Of a DNA stretch of 64,000 bases, positions 10,889 to 20,619 are shown in pieces (positions within the stretch are counted from its first letter, which is position 1; the number at the start of each line of letters is the position of its first letter). The stretch lies in the NCBI GenBank assembly GCA_000092065.1, contig CP000588.1. The stretch is one strand, 5' to 3'. The notes beneath the pieces are model-generated. The model was not told where the DNA came from. It saw only the letters and a program-made list of their open reading frames with translations, and did not search any database. The DNA is from Ostreococcus lucimarinus (taxonomy: Eukaryota). The position numbers were made by a program, and so were the translations under genes.

Positions 10889-11719
10889 ATGCTCGATGAC
10901 GGCGAACGACGCGCGATGACGCTCAGCACGCTCGCCGGACTCGCGACGACGCTCGGCGCGGTGGTGGCGGTGTGGAAGAAACCGGACGCGCGCGCGATGG
11001 CGTTCTTGCTCGGCGTCGCGATCGGAGTGATGACGTCGCTGTCGTTCGTGGAACTGTACGCGAAGAATGTCATCGAGCACGGGTTCTGGAGCGTCACCGC
11101 GGCGACGCTGGGGGGGGCGGGGACGTACGCGTGCGCGGCGCCGCTGTTGCCGAATCCAGAGACGCACCACGAGGCGAACGCGGGGACACCACCGAACGAA
11201 CGAACGACGATGAACGCGACGTCGAAGAGCGACGATGAAAAGGATGCCATCGCCGCTGGAAGAGTGAGCAGGGCGCGGTTGTTGCGATTGGGGATTTTGA
11301 TGGCGTTCGCGATGACGCTGCACAACTTGCCAGAGGGGTTCGCGGTGGCGTGCGCGTCGTATACGACGATTGGACCGACGATGGCGTTCGCGATCGGAAT
11401 GCATAACGTCCCAGAGGGTATCATCATCGCTGCCCCGGTGTATGCAGCGACTGGAAGCCGAAGTCGAGCCATTCTTCTCGCCACCGCGAGCGGGTTGTCG
11501 GAACCAGTCGGGGCGCTCATCGCTTTGAAATTCATGAAACCGTACCTCACTCCAACGCGTTTGGAACATCTCCTCGCCGGCACTGGTGGGATTATGGTTG
11601 CTGTGTGTGCGCTTGAATTGTGGCCCGAGGCGAGAAAATGTGGAAATAGTGACAATATGTACCGTGGGGTCATCTTTGGCGCCGCTCTGATGATGCTCAC
11701 GTTGTATCTCGGCGCGTAA
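10889..11719 (+). CDS. ZIP-family metal transporter (ZupT/GufA-like).
   Basis: HNLPEGFAVA and HNVPEGIIIAAP metal-binding helices, multiple TM segments. The start was chosen downstream of the divergent GrpE exon 1; the ORF track begins at 10742. Confidence 0.7.
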   Translation: MLDDGERRAMTLSTLAGLATTLGAVVAVWKKPDARAMAFLLGVAIGVMTSLSFVELYAKNVIEHGFWSVTAATLGGAGTYACAAPLLPNPETHHEANAGTPPNERTTMNATSKSDDEKDAIAAGRVSRARLLRLGILMAFAMTLHNLPEGFAVACASYTTIGPTMAFAIGMHNVPEGIIIAAPVYAATGSRSRAILLATASGLSEPVGALIALKFMKPYLTPTRLEHLLAGTGGIMVAVCALELWPEARKCGNSDNMYRGVIFGAALMMLTLYLGA

Positions 11720-11768
11720 AAAATCTGTTGTAGCTTTAGATTGCTCCAAACTCTATGTTGCTAGCGTT

Positions 11769-14579
11769 CTATAACAATCCTCGCAAGCTGATAACGTTAC
11801 GAGTGCTTGGCGATAGCATCGACTCGCACCGCCCGTTTGTATTCCCAGTTTCTGGAATCCCGTGCGAAACAGCTCGCATCTTCTTTTCCGTGCTCGTATT
11901 CGCTCGATAGTTTTGCCATGACGTTCCATTACTGTCTAGTAGCGTGCCTCCCCACGCAGCGTCTTCCGTAGCCGTAGATAGAAGCTCAGCCACGCGTGTC
12001 TTCACTTGCGCTTTGCCGCTGCGGTGATCCAACTCTATCGGGCCTTTACTCTCGCGCTTCAGCGTGGCGATCCCCTGAAAAAAGAGAAACTTTTGCTCCG
12101 CATCAACGCTGCTGATGAGTGAGATACTATGCATCGAACCGGGGAACCCGACTCGCATATCGCGGAGATCTTCCTCAACGAGCACCCCAGCTTCGAAGAG
12201 TTGTCTGACAAACCGTTTCAGTACGACGCAGTGCTCCTTGAAGCGCTCGTATTCCAGAAGTCCCGCACGGTTAGTGATGAATGTGTTAAACTTCTGCTGA
12301 AGATCGAGTTGACCAGTTTTCTTTTGCAACTTTTGGAACCTCACTGGTCCGAGGTTTCTGAGCAGCCTTCGACGCTGGGCTTCGTTTCGAGCAGCGAGCA
12401 TGCGCACTCCCAAATCCTCGATGGCGAACATGATAACTCGTCGAAAGCTCAGTGGGCTACAGCCAATACTGTACTTGCCCATGCTTTTGATCATATTTAC
12501 GTACACGCTACAAAGCTGCGGATTCAATAGCATCTCTTCAAATCCAGAACAGAAAATGTGAGCCAGTACGTTTTCATGGTACACGCCGTACATGACCATC
12601 TGTTTCACCAGATTTTGAAAGATGTGTTCGTCCACCTTCAAGTTTGCAAAAGTTGAACCCATCATTACCACCTGGTTCTCATTCCACTTTGACAAAGACT
12701 CTTTCATGAGTTCATCAACGTTGGTGCGGTGTTTGTTCACCGGATGACCAAATGCTCCACTTCCACATACGTACAAATTCTCGCTCCCTCGAGCAACGAC
12801 AAACGTGGATGATTTGGATGCGTAAACCTGCTCAGCTTTAACTTCATACATCGGATGTCGCTCGATCTCTTCTATTTCCGACTTCTTCAAGGCGAGACGA
12901 TCGGTGACTGATAACGCTGGCTGTAACTTTTTCGGCGTAGTCGCCGTGGCGATTGACCCGTCGCCGAGTTGACCAAAGTCGTTTGATCCACAGACAAAAA
13001 CGTCGCCAAGCGTTGTCAACATGACGGTGTGATTATCACCAGCTCCGATTTGAACGATGAAAACGTTCACCATAGTAGACACCAGTGTCACCAAACTTCG
13101 ATCTACCGTGTCGCTCAATCCCAACTGTCCATCGGAACCGCGTCCGCAGACGTATACTCGACCCTTCTCTGTTAGCATTACTGTGTGCTCCTCTCCCCCG
13201 ACGACCTGCACGACCTTGTGACGAACCTTTTCCAACGCCACACAGCTTTCGCTTACGTCTTTGAGAGCCGTCATCTCGTTGATGAACCTCTGTTCAAGCT
13301 GGACCGAGTCGAGATGGATTTCTTCCACGTCGACTCGTTCCGGAACACCGCCGACGAACTCGTCGTGCCCCATGCGTCTGGGAATGAAAATATTCGAAAA
13401 GTCACCGCATCCGAGCTGACCACAACTATTTGAGCCAAATCCATAAACGTAACCCGAATCGGTCACTACGAGTGTGTGATTGCTACCGCAAGCCACTGAA
13501 GACACGTTCATAAGAGTGACAGATTCCACGAGCTTTGGCTTGGCGTAGTTAACCCCATCTCCGTGACCGAGTTGACCGCAATCTCCAACGCCGAAAGTGT
13601 AAACTTGCCCTGAGCCCGTTGTTATGACCGTGTGTGCTGAGCCCGCGGCACAAGACACCACCTTCGTCGTGGCGTTGGTCATCCAGTACATCCACTTTGG
13701 TGTGTTGTGAATCCGATTCAAACCGCTCTCACCGTGGCCAGTGCAACCGCCTACATCTTCCCCCCACGTCAAGCACTCCTGTCCTGATGTCACCGCTACC
13801 GAGTATCGGCCGCCTGCGGCGACATCTACAGCCTTCGCTCCGTCAATGACGTCGAGCGCCACCGGAACGTCCTGAGACGTCGTCGTTCGAAGACCGAGTT
13901 GCGATGACTCATCGGATCCCATAACAAGTATCCGTCCGTCGTGATCAGTATACGTAGGAGCGATATGTTCCAGCGCCTCTGGGTTGGATTCAAGAAGAAT
14001 AAGCGCATGATCGTCCCCACCAGATATTTTCTTCACCCGCGACCCCAATGGTAGACTGAACACAACTGGCTTGACGAACCGGTGCAAATGAGACGGCACT
14101 CCACGTAAGTTCTTCAATCGAGTCTCCATGTAAGCCACTCTCTCTTCGGACGTCGCATTGGCCTTACTCCCGCGATTACGAAATAAAATATTCATATATC
14201 CACCGACCGCAGGTTCACCGTCCGCGTCTACATCGTCGTCGGCTGCGTCGGTTGTTGTCAACGTTAAAGACGTCGCTGGTTCGTCCAAACGCGAGGCGCC
14301 TTTCTCCGCGAGCATCGCAACCGCAAGTTCTTCTTTCTCCACTTCGCGATCGGATCGTAATATTTCTACATCTTCTTCGTCATCGGACTCGCTCCATCTT
14401 AGCTCATCCACATCATCCGGGTTGCGGAACGCCCCCGTCTCGCGCTCGCGCCACTCGACGCGATGAATCGTCTCTACAAACTTTTGCTTTACTCGGTCCT
14501 CTTCGGTGTAACGAAGGACTGGAATACCCCAAGCGTTGATATTGACATCATCCCCATTGTTTGCGCCCGAGGGTTCCAT
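11769..14579 (-). CDS. RCC1-repeat protein (regulator of chromosome condensation-like), 936 aa.
   Basis: Multiple RCC1 repeats with GQLG(L/H)G signatures (CGQLGHGDG, GQLGCGD, GQLGLSD, GQLGDGS). Acidic N-terminus. Confidence 0.7.
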   Translation of the reverse strand: MEPSGANNGDDVNINAWGIPVLRYTEEDRVKQKFVETIHRVEWRERETGAFRNPDDVDELRWSESDDEEDVEILRSDREVEKEELAVAMLAEKGASRLDEPATSLTLTTTDAADDDVDADGEPAVGGYMNILFRNRGSKANATSEERVAYMETRLKNLRGVPSHLHRFVKPVVFSLPLGSRVKKISGGDDHALILLESNPEALEHIAPTYTDHDGRILVMGSDESSQLGLRTTTSQDVPVALDVIDGAKAVDVAAGGRYSVAVTSGQECLTWGEDVGGCTGHGESGLNRIHNTPKWMYWMTNATTKVVSCAAGSAHTVITTGSGQVYTFGVGDCGQLGHGDGVNYAKPKLVESVTLMNVSSVACGSNHTLVVTDSGYVYGFGSNSCGQLGCGDFSNIFIPRRMGHDEFVGGVPERVDVEEIHLDSVQLEQRFINEMTALKDVSESCVALEKVRHKVVQVVGGEEHTVMLTEKGRVYVCGRGSDGQLGLSDTVDRSLVTLVSTMVNVFIVQIGAGDNHTVMLTTLGDVFVCGSNDFGQLGDGSIATATTPKKLQPALSVTDRLALKKSEIEEIERHPMYEVKAEQVYASKSSTFVVARGSENLYVCGSGAFGHPVNKHRTNVDELMKESLSKWNENQVVMMGSTFANLKVDEHIFQNLVKQMVMYGVYHENVLAHIFCSGFEEMLLNPQLCSVYVNMIKSMGKYSIGCSPLSFRRVIMFAIEDLGVRMLAARNEAQRRRLLRNLGPVRFQKLQKKTGQLDLQQKFNTFITNRAGLLEYERFKEHCVVLKRFVRQLFEAGVLVEEDLRDMRVGFPGSMHSISLISSVDAEQKFLFFQGIATLKRESKGPIELDHRSGKAQVKTRVAELLSTATEDAAWGGTLLDSNGTSWQNYRANTSTEKKMRAVSHGIPETGNTNGRCESMLSPSTRNVISLRGLL

Positions 14580-14840
14580 CGCGTGACGCTCGCGTGCGGG
14601 GGCACGCGAGCGTTCGCGCCGGTTCGTTGGATGTCCCGCGGCTCTTCGAGTCGCGTACGAATCCCTCGCGCGCCGTCTACGACGGCGTCGTCAATCGTCG
14701 AACGCACGCGCGGTCGGCGATAACACTCCCTACGCGTCGTTTCCCGCCCCGCGGTGGGTGGACGGTGGACGGCCTTCGTGCGCACTGCCGCGTAATGCCG
14801 CGCCCGACGCGACGGCAAGTCCCCCTGTCCCTCGACGCCC

Positions 14841-15150
14841 TCGACGGGGTCGATCGACGGGGTCGATCGATACGATCGACCGAATGCTTCGACGCGATCG
14901 ACGCGATCGATCGATCGGATACGATCGACGTCGATCGACGTGATCGATCGATCGAATGTTTGACGCGATCGACGTCGATCGATGCGATCGATCGATCGGA
15001 TACGATCGACGTCGAACGACGTGATCGATCGATCGAATGCTTCGACGGGATCGACGTCGATCGACGCGATCGATGCGATCGAACGATCGAACGCGATCGA
15101 ACGATCGGATGCGATCGACGGGATCGACCGAACTCGATCGATCGACGGCG
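14841..15150. repeat. Palindrome-rich minisatellite with a roughly 80-bp higher-order unit built from CGATCG/ATCGAT cores, 3-4 copies.
   Basis: Visible periodicity: ...cgaatgcttcgacgcgatcgacgcgatcgatcgatcggatacgatcgacgtcgatcgacgtgatcgatcgat... repeated with few substitutions. It lies in the divergent RCC1/iPGM promoter region. Confidence 0.8.
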
Positions 15151-15350
15151 CACCGTTCCCCTCGCGACGTTCGCGAAAGCGCGGCCGTCCAACCTCAGAG
15201 CGTCGATCGATCGACCTCGCGATCCGGACAAAGGAAATCGGGTGTTTGCCCTAGCCCTCCGAAAAGTACCGAACGCGCCGCCCTCTCTCACGCGCGGGGC
15301 GCGTGGCGTCGCACTTCATCGCGCGCGCTCGAAGACGACGGGGAACGATC

Positions 15351-16994
15351 ATGGAGCTTCATCCGCACCCGACAATCCCGCAAAAGAAGCCCGTCTTGGT
15401 GTGCATCCTCGACGGTTGGGGAGAGAATGAATACGAGGACGAGCACAACGCCGTGCATGTGGCCAAGACGCCGACGATGGACGCGCTCAAGGCGAAAGGT
15501 CAATCGTTCTATCGCACCGTCCAGGCGCACGGTACGGCCGTTGGCCTGCCCACCGATGCGGACATGGGGAACTCCGAAGTCGGGCACAACGCCCTGGGCG
15601 CGGGGAAGGTGATCGCGCAGGGAGCGTCCCTGGTTGACATTGCGCTTGAGACAAAGAACATGTTTAGCGACGCCGGGTGGGGGTACATCAAGCCCGCGTT
15701 CGCGAACAATACGCTTCACGTGATTGGATTATTGAGTGATGGCGGTGTGCACTCGCGCACGGATCAAATATTTGGCTTGATGCGAGGCGCGCTCGCGGAT
15801 GGGTGCAAAAAGTTGCGCCTGCACGTGCTCACCGACGGACGAGACGTTCCGGATGGTACATCGCACGAGTACATGGCAAAACTCGTCGCTGAACTCGACT
15901 CGTACACCGCGCAGGGATGTGATGCGAAGGTTGCTTCCGGTGGTGGACGCATGGCGGTGACCATGGATCGTTACGAAGCCGACTGGGGTATGGTTGAGCG
16001 GGGCTGGCGCGCGCACGTTTTGGGTGACGCCCCGCATAAGTTCAAGTGCCCGAAAGAAGCTTTGACGGAGCTTAAGAAGGATGGAGCCACCGACCAGTAC
16101 GTTGCACCGTTTGTCATCGTTGGCGATGATGGCGAAGCGGTCGGTACGATCCAAGACGACGATGCCGTCGTCATCTGCAACTTCCGCGCAGATCGCGTTG
16201 TCGAAATTTCCAAGGCTTTCGAGTATGCAGACTTTGACTCGTTCGATCGCGTGCGATTTCCCAAGACAAAGTTTGTGGGACTGATGCAGTACGATGGCGA
16301 CTTGAAGCTACCGGCGAACTATCTCGTTCCACCCCCGCTCATCGAGCGGACTTCTGGCGAATGGCTCGCGAAGAATGGATTGAAAACCTTCGCGTGCTCC
16401 GAAACTCAAAAGTTTGGTCATGTCACCTTCTTTTGGAACGGTAACCGCTCTGGGTACTTCAACGAAAATCTTGAAACATATGTCGAGATTCCGAGCGACA
16501 ATGTGCCTTTTAACCAAGCGCCGTTGATGAAGGCTCGCGAAATCACCGCAGCCGGGAAGGAGGCGTTGCTCTCTGGGAAGTACGACGTCGTTCGGATCAA
16601 CTACGCTAACCCTGATATGGTTGGTCACACCGGTGACATGGCGGCCACCGTTGCGGCTTGCGAAGAGTGCGATGCGTGCGTGAAGGAACTTCTCGACCTC
16701 GTGGAAGAGTTGGGTGGTATGTTCCTGGTCACCGCCGATCACGGCAACGCCGACGACATGGTGCAGCGCGACAAAAAGGGTGGCGCGTTGAAGGACGACA
16801 GCGGCGCACTCTTGGCTCTCACTTCGCACACTCTCGCTCCAGTTCCGGTCGCAATCGGTGGTCCGGCGTTGCCCACGGGTGTCAAGTTTCGCGACGATCT
16901 CCCAAAGGCTGGTCTCGCCAACGTCACGGCGACGTACATCAACCTCATGGGATACGAGGCGCCGGCTGAGATGGAGCCCAGTCTCATCGCGTGA
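15351..16994 (+). CDS. 2,3-bisphosphoglycerate-independent phosphoglycerate mutase (iPGM, plant type).
   Basis: The full-length iPGM begins with MELHPHPTIPQKKPVLVCILDGWGE... The ORF track start at 15303 is a GTG; the first ATG is at 15351. Confidence 0.9.
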   Translation: MELHPHPTIPQKKPVLVCILDGWGENEYEDEHNAVHVAKTPTMDALKAKGQSFYRTVQAHGTAVGLPTDADMGNSEVGHNALGAGKVIAQGASLVDIALETKNMFSDAGWGYIKPAFANNTLHVIGLLSDGGVHSRTDQIFGLMRGALADGCKKLRLHVLTDGRDVPDGTSHEYMAKLVAELDSYTAQGCDAKVASGGGRMAVTMDRYEADWGMVERGWRAHVLGDAPHKFKCPKEALTELKKDGATDQYVAPFVIVGDDGEAVGTIQDDDAVVICNFRADRVVEISKAFEYADFDSFDRVRFPKTKFVGLMQYDGDLKLPANYLVPPPLIERTSGEWLAKNGLKTFACSETQKFGHVTFFWNGNRSGYFNENLETYVEIPSDNVPFNQAPLMKAREITAAGKEALLSGKYDVVRINYANPDMVGHTGDMAATVAACEECDACVKELLDLVEELGGMFLVTADHGNADDMVQRDKKGGALKDDSGALLALTSHTLAPVPVAIGGPALPTGVKFRDDLPKAGLANVTATYINLMGYEAPAEMEPSLIA

Positions 16995-17262
16995 TCGCGA
17001 CCCGCGGAGCTCTTTGCGACGCGTCTCCACGCGCACTCAAGGTGCTTAATCTCGAATCACCATTAATCAGTCCTCATGTCAACATCAGATTTTTTCTTTA
17101 GACGCACCGTCCCGGCGACGCGTCTGTCCGCACTCTGCGATGCGCGTCGACGGCGCTTCCTCGGCGTCCCTCGCGCGTGCGTCCGTCCCTCGCGTCGCGC
17201 GTGCGAGCACCGCTCGTTCGACAAGGCACCGCGCTCGTTCACATCGCGCGCGCGTCGTCGCC

Positions 17263-18713
17263 ATGTCCACCACCGTCAAGTCTTGGGACGAACTTCGCGC
17301 GTCCCACACCGCGTCGACGTCGAGCTGCGTGAAACGGCTGACGGAAGACGCGCAGGCGCGCGCGCGCGGCGGTGGACCGGCGCATCAGGACAACGCGCTG
17401 CGATTGTTCGGCGCGCGCGAGGAGGACGTGCGGGTGACGTTTTATCGCGACCACGCGGGGGTGCGTGCTGAAGCGACGCGCCGTCGCGTCGGCGCCCCAG
17501 CGCGCCGCCCGAGCGCGCGGTTTGGATTTGGCGATTCGCGGCGAACGGAGAACGAAAGACTGACGCACGAACGCTCTCACTCGCGCAGTGGTGCCCGTAC
17601 TGTCAAAAGCTTTGGATCATGCTCGAAGAAAAACAAATCCCGTACCGAGTGGAGAAGATCAACATGCGATCGTACGGCGATAAACCAAAGGCGTTTCTGG
17701 ACAAGATTCCGAGCGGGCTGTTGCCGGTGGTGGAGATCGACGGGAATATGATCACGGAGAGTTTGGTCATCATGCAAATCCTCGAACGCGAGTTCCCGGA
17801 GCGACCGACGCTTCCCGAGGATAAGTTTGAGGCGGCGAACGTGCTTTTGAAGCTCGAACGTCAGTTGTTTTCGGATTGGTGCGGCCTCGTGTTTCGGCCC
17901 TCGATGCCGGGACCGCTGGGAGCGAGAGCGGGATTCGAAAAGACGTTGGACAAGGTCGACGAAGCGCTCGGCTCTACGGAAGGACCATGGTTTCTCGGGG
18001 GAGAAAGTCCAAGCATTGTGGACTTTCAGTACGTCTCGCACGTCGAGCGCATGAACGCGAGCGTTCTGTATTGGAAGGGACTGCAAATGCGCGGCACAAA
18101 GCGTTGGGCCAACATAGAAAGGTGGCTCCTCGCGTTTGAGGCGAGACCGACGTATCAGGCGACAAAGAGCGACTACTACACGCACATCATGGATATCCCA
18201 CCTCAATATGGACCGGGATACGCCGATAAAAACGCCGCGGTGGACGAAGCTGTGGCGGTCATCGGCGGCGAAAAGAGTTGGCGATTACCGGTTTCTCTAT
18301 CTGCTGACGGCTTGGAGCCGCTTCCGGAATCTATGAACCGAGGTGAAGAGGACGCAAAGCATGAAGCAGCGTATAAACTGATTGCAAACTCTGCAAATAT
18401 CGTCAAGTTTGCTTGCAGAGGTATGGGCGAGCCAGGTCGCAAGCAGTTCGGTGCTCCGCTCGCGGATCCTTATGCGGTCCCGAATTTAAACTACGAAAGT
18501 CGCGTCGATGAATGCTTGCGAAAGGTGGCGCAGGCTCTGATCGAGGGTACCGCCGAGCCATCGGAACCAAGTTCGAATACAAGCTCGGAGGCGAAATCCG
18601 TTCGTAAATGTCTAGCATACCTGCGCGATCGCGTCGGGGTCCCGCGAGATATGAGCTATCCCGCGGCGATGCAACTCAGAGCGCACTTAAACTGGTGCGC
18701 CGACTCGCTTTAG
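17263..18713 (+). CDS. Glutathione S-transferase-like protein (thioredoxin-fold N-domain with CPYC), two exons.
   Basis: Exon 1 (17263..17460) ends ...VRVTFYRDHAG, followed by a GTGCGT donor. Intron 17461..17588 has an ACTGACG branch and CGCAG acceptor. Exon 2 (17589..18713) begins WCPYCQKLWIMLEEKQIPY... Splicing restores the canonical GST N-terminus that the ATG-only ORF (17619) lacks. A possible transit-peptide start is at 17140. Confidence 0.7.
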
Positions 18714-18757
18714 ATCGCTTGCTTAGTATTGATACAGAGATTTTTCTATGCGCTAAT

Positions 18758-19330
18758 TCATCTACCATCTAATCGCTTCTCTCGCTCGATAGTTTCTCGC
18801 TCGAACTTCATCAATATATTCGTCGTTCGTCGCCCCGACGCGTCCCCGGGGGCCTGTTCCGAGTAATAGCAGCTCACCTTGGATGGAAATCCCGCGCTTC
18901 GCAAGATTCCCCCCACCATCCCCGCCGCGAATGCTCCGCAATTCAGATCGCCGTAATCTTTTGGCACGCTCACGAATCGATTCACGAGCAAGTCCCGATC
19001 GGACAGCAGGTACTCGTCGTCGTCGTACACCTCCAACGAATCCGCCGCGCGCCCGAACGCGTTTTTCCAAAACGAGCTCTGAATGAATTGCAATAGCGGT
19101 AACAACCGATTCTCCCGCTTCCCCGGCCCGCGCTCACGGAAACTCTGCGCCTCGTACATTCGCCGTCCCACGTCCGCGCCCGCGTCCTCGAGCGCGCGTT
19201 CGAGTTCGCTCGTATCCTTGGCGCGACTCTTGTGGTACTGGACGAGTTCGGAAAATAACAGCGCGTAGGCGCTCAGCGCGACGTCACGCTTGCCTCGAGT
19301 GAGGGTTTTGGGCGTCGTCGACGCATTCAT
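18758..19330 (-). CDS. TRAPP complex subunit TRAPPC6/Trs33 (Bet3 family).
   Basis: Collinear with TRAPPC6: ALLFSELVQY, FIQSSFWKNAFGR, GAFAAGMVGGILRSAGF. Confidence 0.65.
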   Translation of the reverse strand: MNASTTPKTLTRGKRDVALSAYALLFSELVQYHKSRAKDTSELERALEDAGADVGRRMYEAQSFRERGPGKRENRLLPLLQFIQSSFWKNAFGRAADSLEVYDDDEYLLSDRDLLVNRFVSVPKDYGDLNCGAFAAGMVGGILRSAGFPSKVSCYYSEQAPGDASGRRTTNILMKFERETIEREKRLDGR

Positions 19331-19537
19331 CGTCGTCGACGCGCCTCGGTCGACGACGCGCGCGTCGAAGTCACGACACCACGCGTCGACGAGGACGCGG
19401 ATTCGGATTTCAGCAAAAGTCTAGGGTACAGCGCGCGCGGGACACTCCGACGCGTCGCGGGTCTGTCCGATCGAGCTCGCGCGGCCGAGCGACGCGCGCG
19501 CAATCGCACAGACCCGTGCACGCGCGTCGCCCGCATC

Positions 19538-20548
19538 ATGGGGGGCATACGAGGCAAGAGCGCGCGTAAGCGCGCCAAGATGGCGCAAAACTCGAAAACT
19601 TTCGACCGCATCTCGGGACGGTTTTACGACGAGAAAGTGGCCATGCCTTCGGGAAAGGTGAGCGAAGATGTGATGCTGAGCGCGCCGAAGTCGTTCAAGC
19701 GATTTCTCGCCGCCAAAGCCGCGGCAGAGTCGCGATCGAAGCGACGAGACCGCGTCGAAGACGACGATAGCGAAGAAGAAGAACCGGCGGCGGCCAAAGA
19801 GAGAGGCGAAGAAAAGGTCGATGACGTCGGCGAGGAGTCGTCGGAGGACGACAGGGGAGAGGCCACGAATAGAAATATCAGCGGAGAAGGAGCACTGACC
19901 TCAGTAGCGCCACTGGTGCGAGCACAACCCGATAAAGGGAACGCCACGCTGAGGGCGATGGATGAAAAAGCGGCGACGGCGGCGCGGGAGGCTGAGGCCG
20001 AGGCAAAGAAGAAAAAGAAGAAACATCTTTCTCTAAGAGAGCGGAAAAAACGGGATCGAGTGGCGTTGCGGGCGCAGAAAGAAGAAGAGGCAGAGTTCTT
20101 GCGAGGGGGTGGAAACACGGTGCGGTTTGGCGAAGTCGCCGAGGCGCCACCGACAATTACGCTCAAGCGAAAAAGCGGAGGAAAGGGGGAAAAGGAGGTT
20201 CCGATCGCGCAGAGTGGGCATAAAATAGTCGAAATTGCCGAAAATCAAACCGGAGGGAAGTCTAATAGGCAGTCGAAAATATTTGCCGACCTCTTGAGCG
20301 CTGCAAAAGGATCTTCGGCGAAGAGTAAGAAAAAGTCTGAGACACAAGGGCTCAAACGTACGGCGGATTTAGCGGCGTTGCGGGCGCAAGTGATCTCAGA
20401 TTATCGTTCGATGAAGGGTCGCCCCATGAATAACGGGCGCAACGTCAAGCTCGCGAGTAACCCGACGAAACTTTTCCAGTCTGGCGCCGGGTCTCTGCAA
20501 GGCGTCGGGGGTATCAGCGCCGCGCAACTTCGCAAGGATCGTCGATGA
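19538..20548 (+). CDS. Lys/Glu-rich hypothetical protein, possibly nucleolar.
   Basis: ATG at 19538 in divergent orientation to TRAPPC6 (207 bp apart). Highly charged and low complexity. Confidence 0.4.
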   Translation: MGGIRGKSARKRAKMAQNSKTFDRISGRFYDEKVAMPSGKVSEDVMLSAPKSFKRFLAAKAAAESRSKRRDRVEDDDSEEEEPAAAKERGEEKVDDVGEESSEDDRGEATNRNISGEGALTSVAPLVRAQPDKGNATLRAMDEKAATAAREAEAEAKKKKKKHLSLRERKKRDRVALRAQKEEEAEFLRGGGNTVRFGEVAEAPPTITLKRKSGGKGEKEVPIAQSGHKIVEIAENQTGGKSNRQSKIFADLLSAAKGSSAKSKKKSETQGLKRTADLAALRAQVISDYRSMKGRPMNNGRNVKLASNPTKLFQSGAGSLQGVGGISAAQLRKDRR

Positions 20549-20619
20549 GCCAGTTTAGTGGTATGTAGTAATAAGATTAGCATGACAAACCGTAAATTTA
20601 GTCGCAATTTAGTGAAGCT

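Noticed and set aside
10423-11749. Two long minus-strand ORFs (425 and 367 aa) overlapping the ZIP transporter and GrpE promoter region.
   Set aside because: They are antisense to a well-supported ZIP transporter gene. Their composition is Arg/Ala-rich low complexity driven by GC-rich sequence, with no recognisable domain.
14561-15430. 289-aa plus ORF and 204-aa minus ORF rich in 'IDRSDTID' peptide repeats.
   Set aside because: They are translations of the CGATCG/ATCGAT minisatellite in open frames. They are non-coding promoter sequence between RCC1 and iPGM.
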